49,631 nt of DNA from Eubacteriales bacterium (lineage in GTDB: Bacteria; Bacillota; Clostridia; Oscillospirales; CAG-382): contig JAZOCZ010000122.1 in the NCBI GenBank assembly GCA_045596755.1, positions 1 through 49,631 of the forward strand, in the 5' to 3' direction. Shown one piece after another: positions 46,724-49,631 of the stretch (positions within the stretch are counted from its first letter, which is position 1; every line of letters starts with the position of its first letter). The translations under genes and the position numbers were made by a program. The notes beneath the pieces are model-generated. The model was not told the DNA's origin. It searched no databases and saw only the letters and a program-made list of their open reading frames with translations.

Positions 46724-46741
46724 AAATATTACTTTTTAATA

Positions 46742-49618
46742 CTATGCGTATAAATCAAGTTGACCAAGGAAATATTTTTTTATTTGCAAATAGTCTGTTG
46801 AGGTTATCTTGCCGTCACCGTCGGTATCAGCAGAAGCGAAATATTCTCCTTCGATATTTATTGTTCCAAGGAACACTTTCTTAATCTGCAAATAATCTGT
46901 TGCTGTTATCTCGCCTGTTCCGTCAACGTCCCCTTTAACGACAACAGTGTAAACGTTATTTTCAGAATCCGTCACCTTAAAACCTGTACCAATTTTTGCA
47001 TTATCCGCCAAAGCATTTCCGTCTTTGTCGGTAATTGTAACCGTTATTCCATAAGCCTCAAGATTCGTTATCATGCCAGATACAGTCGTTTTTGCCACAA
47101 CGTTTGGCATTGTTTTGTTTTCTATATCCATATATTCGTTGCTGTCCTCATCTGGAAGTGTTACAATTTCAACGAACTCAAAGCCATTTTCGTTAGCATA
47201 AACTTCTGCCACAGAGCCTACAAAACCATGAATTGCAAAATCACTTGCACATCCGCCAAATGCATATTCACCTATGTTTATTACGGAATTGGGTATGATT
47301 ACACTTTTCAATGATTCACAGAAGCCAAAAGCCCAATCACCTATAGTTTTTACGGAATTCGGGATTTTTACGGTAATAAGATTGCTATGATCACGAAATG
47401 CACTTGCAACAATCATTGTAGTGCCATCTTTTATTTCAATATTTTCGACCCAATCCGCATTCAATAAATAATTATTAAGATACAGAACATTATTTTCCCA
47501 ATTAGACAAATCCTGACTGAAAGCAGTGCAGTTAAATGCATATTCTCCTATAGTGAGCACAGAATCGGGGAGAATTATATCCGAGAGAGACGTGCAATTA
47601 TAAAACGCACGCTCTCCGATGTTTGTTACAGAATCAGGGATAATTATGCCCTTTAAAGATGTACAAGAATCAAATGCGTAATGGCCTATATTTGTCAAAG
47701 CGTTTCCCAAAGATACATTTGAAAGAAGTTCACATTCACGGAACGCACCGTACCCTATGCTTAATACGGAGTCGGGAATCTCTATACTTTCAAGAAGTAT
47801 ACATCGTGCGAACGCACTATCTCCTATACTCACCACGGAATTTCCCATAGATACGTTTGTTAATGCTTGACACCAGCCAAATGCCCAATCACCTACAATC
47901 TCCACAGAATCGGGAATAATTACACTTTCGAGTAATTCGGAATCCGAAAACGCATTGGCACAAATGAGTCTTGTCCCTTCTTTGATTTGATAACTTTGGT
48001 TTAAATCTTGAACCTCTACCAAACATTTTTCTACATATAAAGCCCCATTTTCCCAATTTTCCGTGTTGTTATAATATGCTGTATTATAAAATGCTTGTTT
48101 TCCTATGCTGATTACAGAATCCGGAATGCTTATGTTTTCAAGAGATTCGCAGAAACGAAACGCATCAGTTCCTATCTCCTTCAAAGAATCTGGCATAGTT
48201 ACACTTATAAGCGAACTACAATTTCTGAATGCTCTGTCTCCTATTCTCGTTACAGAATCACCAAGTATTACATCGGTGAGGGAGGTGCAGCTATTGAACG
48301 AACTGTCTTCTATATTTTTCAACGAATCGGGAAGGGTTATACTTTCGAGAGATATACAAGCGGAAAAAGCACCATAACCTATGCTTTCTACAGAGTCAGG
48401 AATGGTTACGCTCTTAAGGCCACGGCAATCTGAAAAAACCGCTTCACCTATGCTTGTTATAGAATCAGGGATTATTATGCTTTCAAGAGCCCGGCATTCG
48501 CTAAACGCATATTCTCCAATATGTGTTACAGAATTAGGAATATAGACGCTCTTAAGTTTTTTGCAATTATGAAATACCCATTTCCCTATGCTCGTTACAG
48601 AATTTGGAATGGATATATTTTCAAGAGATTCGCAACCAGAAAATGAGAAATTGTCCAATTTTGTCACAGAATCAGGTATGGATATACTTTTAAGGGATTC
48701 GCAATTATAAAACGTATTTTCTTCGATAATTGTCAAAGAATCAGAGAGTTGTATATTTTTAAGAGCTTTGCAACCATAAAACGCTTTTTTTCCTATTTTC
48801 GTTACAGAATCGGGAATGATTACGTTGTCAAGCGTTTCACAGTTATTAAACGCCATTGAACCAATGGTTATTACAGAATCAGGTATTGTTATATTTTCGA
48901 GGCACCAACAGCCGTCAAACGCCATTTCAGCTATAAGCCTTGTACCTTCTTTGATAAAGCACTCTTCTATATAATGATTCGACTCAACTAAATATTTACC
49001 AACGTATAAAACTTCGTTTTCCCAATTAGTCGAGTCGCCATAATATTTAGTCCATTCAAAAGGATTCATTCCCATTGTTGTTATAGAATCGGGAAGAGAT
49101 ATATTTGAAAGATTATTACAATTACTAAAGACTCTCGAGCCTAAATTTGTTACAGAATCTGGAATTGTAATTCTCGTAAGCGCATAACAACCCGCAAACG
49201 CAAAGTCACCTATGCTCTCTACGGAATCAGGAATTGTAATGCTTGCAAGGTGTTCCAAACGATAAAACGCATGATCGCCTATTGTTGTTACGGAATCAGG
49301 TATGATTACACTTTCTATCTTCGAGCACCAATAAAACGCGTAGTTACCTATAGACGTAACACCATTTTCAATAACGACAGACTTAATTTGTGTATCTCGC
49401 AAGCAAAATGGGCTTTCCACTTCGGGTGACCCATCCTCATAATCATACATTTCTCCTGTTCCTGATACAGTAATAGTACCCTCGGAATCAAGAGTCCAAG
49501 TAAGATTATCTCCGCAAGTCCCAGATGCTTTTGTTTCTGCACTGACCGCCACGGAAAAAGTTGACAAAAGAATAACAAGGGATAAAACAAAGGATAAAAC
49601 TTTATTCGTCTTTTTCAT
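46742..49618 (-). CDS. BspA-type leucine-rich-repeat surface protein with a C-terminal type I dockerin
   Basis: Signal peptide MKKTNKVLSFVLSLVILLSTFSVAVSA. More than 20 copies of IPDSVTxIGxxAFxxCxxLxxI. The C-terminus carries two Ca-binding dockerin segments, DVDGTGEITATDYLQIKK and DTDGDGKITSTDYLQIKK. Confidence 0.88.
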   Translation of the reverse strand: MKKTNKVLSFVLSLVILLSTFSVAVSAETKASGTCGDNLTWTLDSEGTITVSGTGEMYDYEDGSPEVESPFCLRDTQIKSVVIENGVTSIGNYAFYWCSKIESVIIPDSVTTIGDHAFYRLEHLASITIPDSVESIGDFAFAGCYALTRITIPDSVTNLGSRVFSNCNNLSNISLPDSITTMGMNPFEWTKYYGDSTNWENEVLYVGKYLVESNHYIEECFIKEGTRLIAEMAFDGCWCLENITIPDSVITIGSMAFNNCETLDNVIIPDSVTKIGKKAFYGCKALKNIQLSDSLTIIEENTFYNCESLKSISIPDSVTKLDNFSFSGCESLENISIPNSVTSIGKWVFHNCKKLKSVYIPNSVTHIGEYAFSECRALESIIIPDSITSIGEAVFSDCRGLKSVTIPDSVESIGYGAFSACISLESITLPDSLKNIEDSSFNSCTSLTDVILGDSVTRIGDRAFRNCSSLISVTMPDSLKEIGTDAFRFCESLENISIPDSVISIGKQAFYNTAYYNNTENWENGALYVEKCLVEVQDLNQSYQIKEGTRLICANAFSDSELLESVIIPDSVEIVGDWAFGWCQALTNVSMGNSVVSIGDSAFARCILLESIEIPDSVLSIGYGAFRECELLSNVSLGNALTNIGHYAFDSCTSLKGIIIPDSVTNIGERAFYNCTSLSDIILPDSVLTIGEYAFNCTAFSQDLSNWENNVLYLNNYLLNADWVENIEIKDGTTMIVASAFRDHSNLITVKIPNSVKTIGDWAFGFCESLKSVIIPNSVINIGEYAFGGCASDFAIHGFVGSVAEVYANENGFEFVEIVTLPDEDSNEYMDIENKTMPNVVAKTTVSGMITNLEAYGITVTITDKDGNALADNAKIGTGFKVTDSENNVYTVVVKGDVDGTGEITATDYLQIKKVFLGTINIEGEYFASADTDGDGKITSTDYLQIKKYFLGQLDLYA

Positions 49619-49631
49619 AATATTCCTTTCT

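Noticed and set aside
44951-46740. Calling a bounded integrative island at tRNA-Leu
   Set aside because: I found no integrase or recombinase gene and no direct repeat of the tRNA 3' end in the downstream sequence. Only the compositional and content argument remains, so it is reported as a finding and not as a mobile_element feature.
46742-49618. Regular ~69-bp periodicity, and the heptamer arrays elsewhere, considered as CRISPR-like arrays
   Set aside because: The periodicity is the coding repeat of LRR units, which are diverged and in-frame. The heptamer arrays have no spacers. No cas genes are present.

Overview
This 49.6-kb window comes from a low-GC, spore-forming Firmicute of the class Clostridia. 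Sporulation genes (spoIIR, coat-F-like genes, ymdB) together with a dockerin-bearing LRR protein suggest an Oscillospiraceae/Ruminococcus-like organism, but that is inference only. Most of the window is conserved housekeeping sequence: rny-ymdB, yajC, pgk-tpiA, secG, ribF, ispE, spoIIR, addB-addA, a GH3 hexosaminidase, ftsK, uppP, a NifS-like desulfurase and tRNA-Leu(GAG). No CRISPR array, prophage, intact IS element or recognisable defence system is visible. The unusual content is structural. (1) A dispersed composite repeat built from inverted AATTCGG heptamer arrays plus a covarying hairpin occurs in two direct copies that bracket a two-gene coat-F cassette. Smaller relatives lie elsewhere, including inside a coding region. 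(2) A Cu/Zn-SOD-like gene carries an in-frame ~85-aa insertion made of a 30-bp proline-coding minisatellite followed by that same heptamer repeat. (3) A low-GC accessory segment sits next to the tRNA. In it, an orphan ORF is flanked by two diverged copies of the 3' end of a blasticidin-S-deaminase-like gene. (4) Two enzyme homologues have eroded active sites: an RNB-domain protein at the secG-rnr position and a PBP5-like carboxypeptidase. (5) There is a family of G4...C4 palindromic hairpins with paired arm changes, a 13-bp-closed ~160-nt candidate RNA, and a 542-bp gap with no ORF in the supplied track. (6) A sortase operon sits behind a consensus promoter and a perfect palindrome, with no LPXTG substrate in view. 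All coordinates of hairpins, promoters and repeats were derived by hand and may be off by 1-2 nt. All protein-family calls rest on motif recognition, not database searches.
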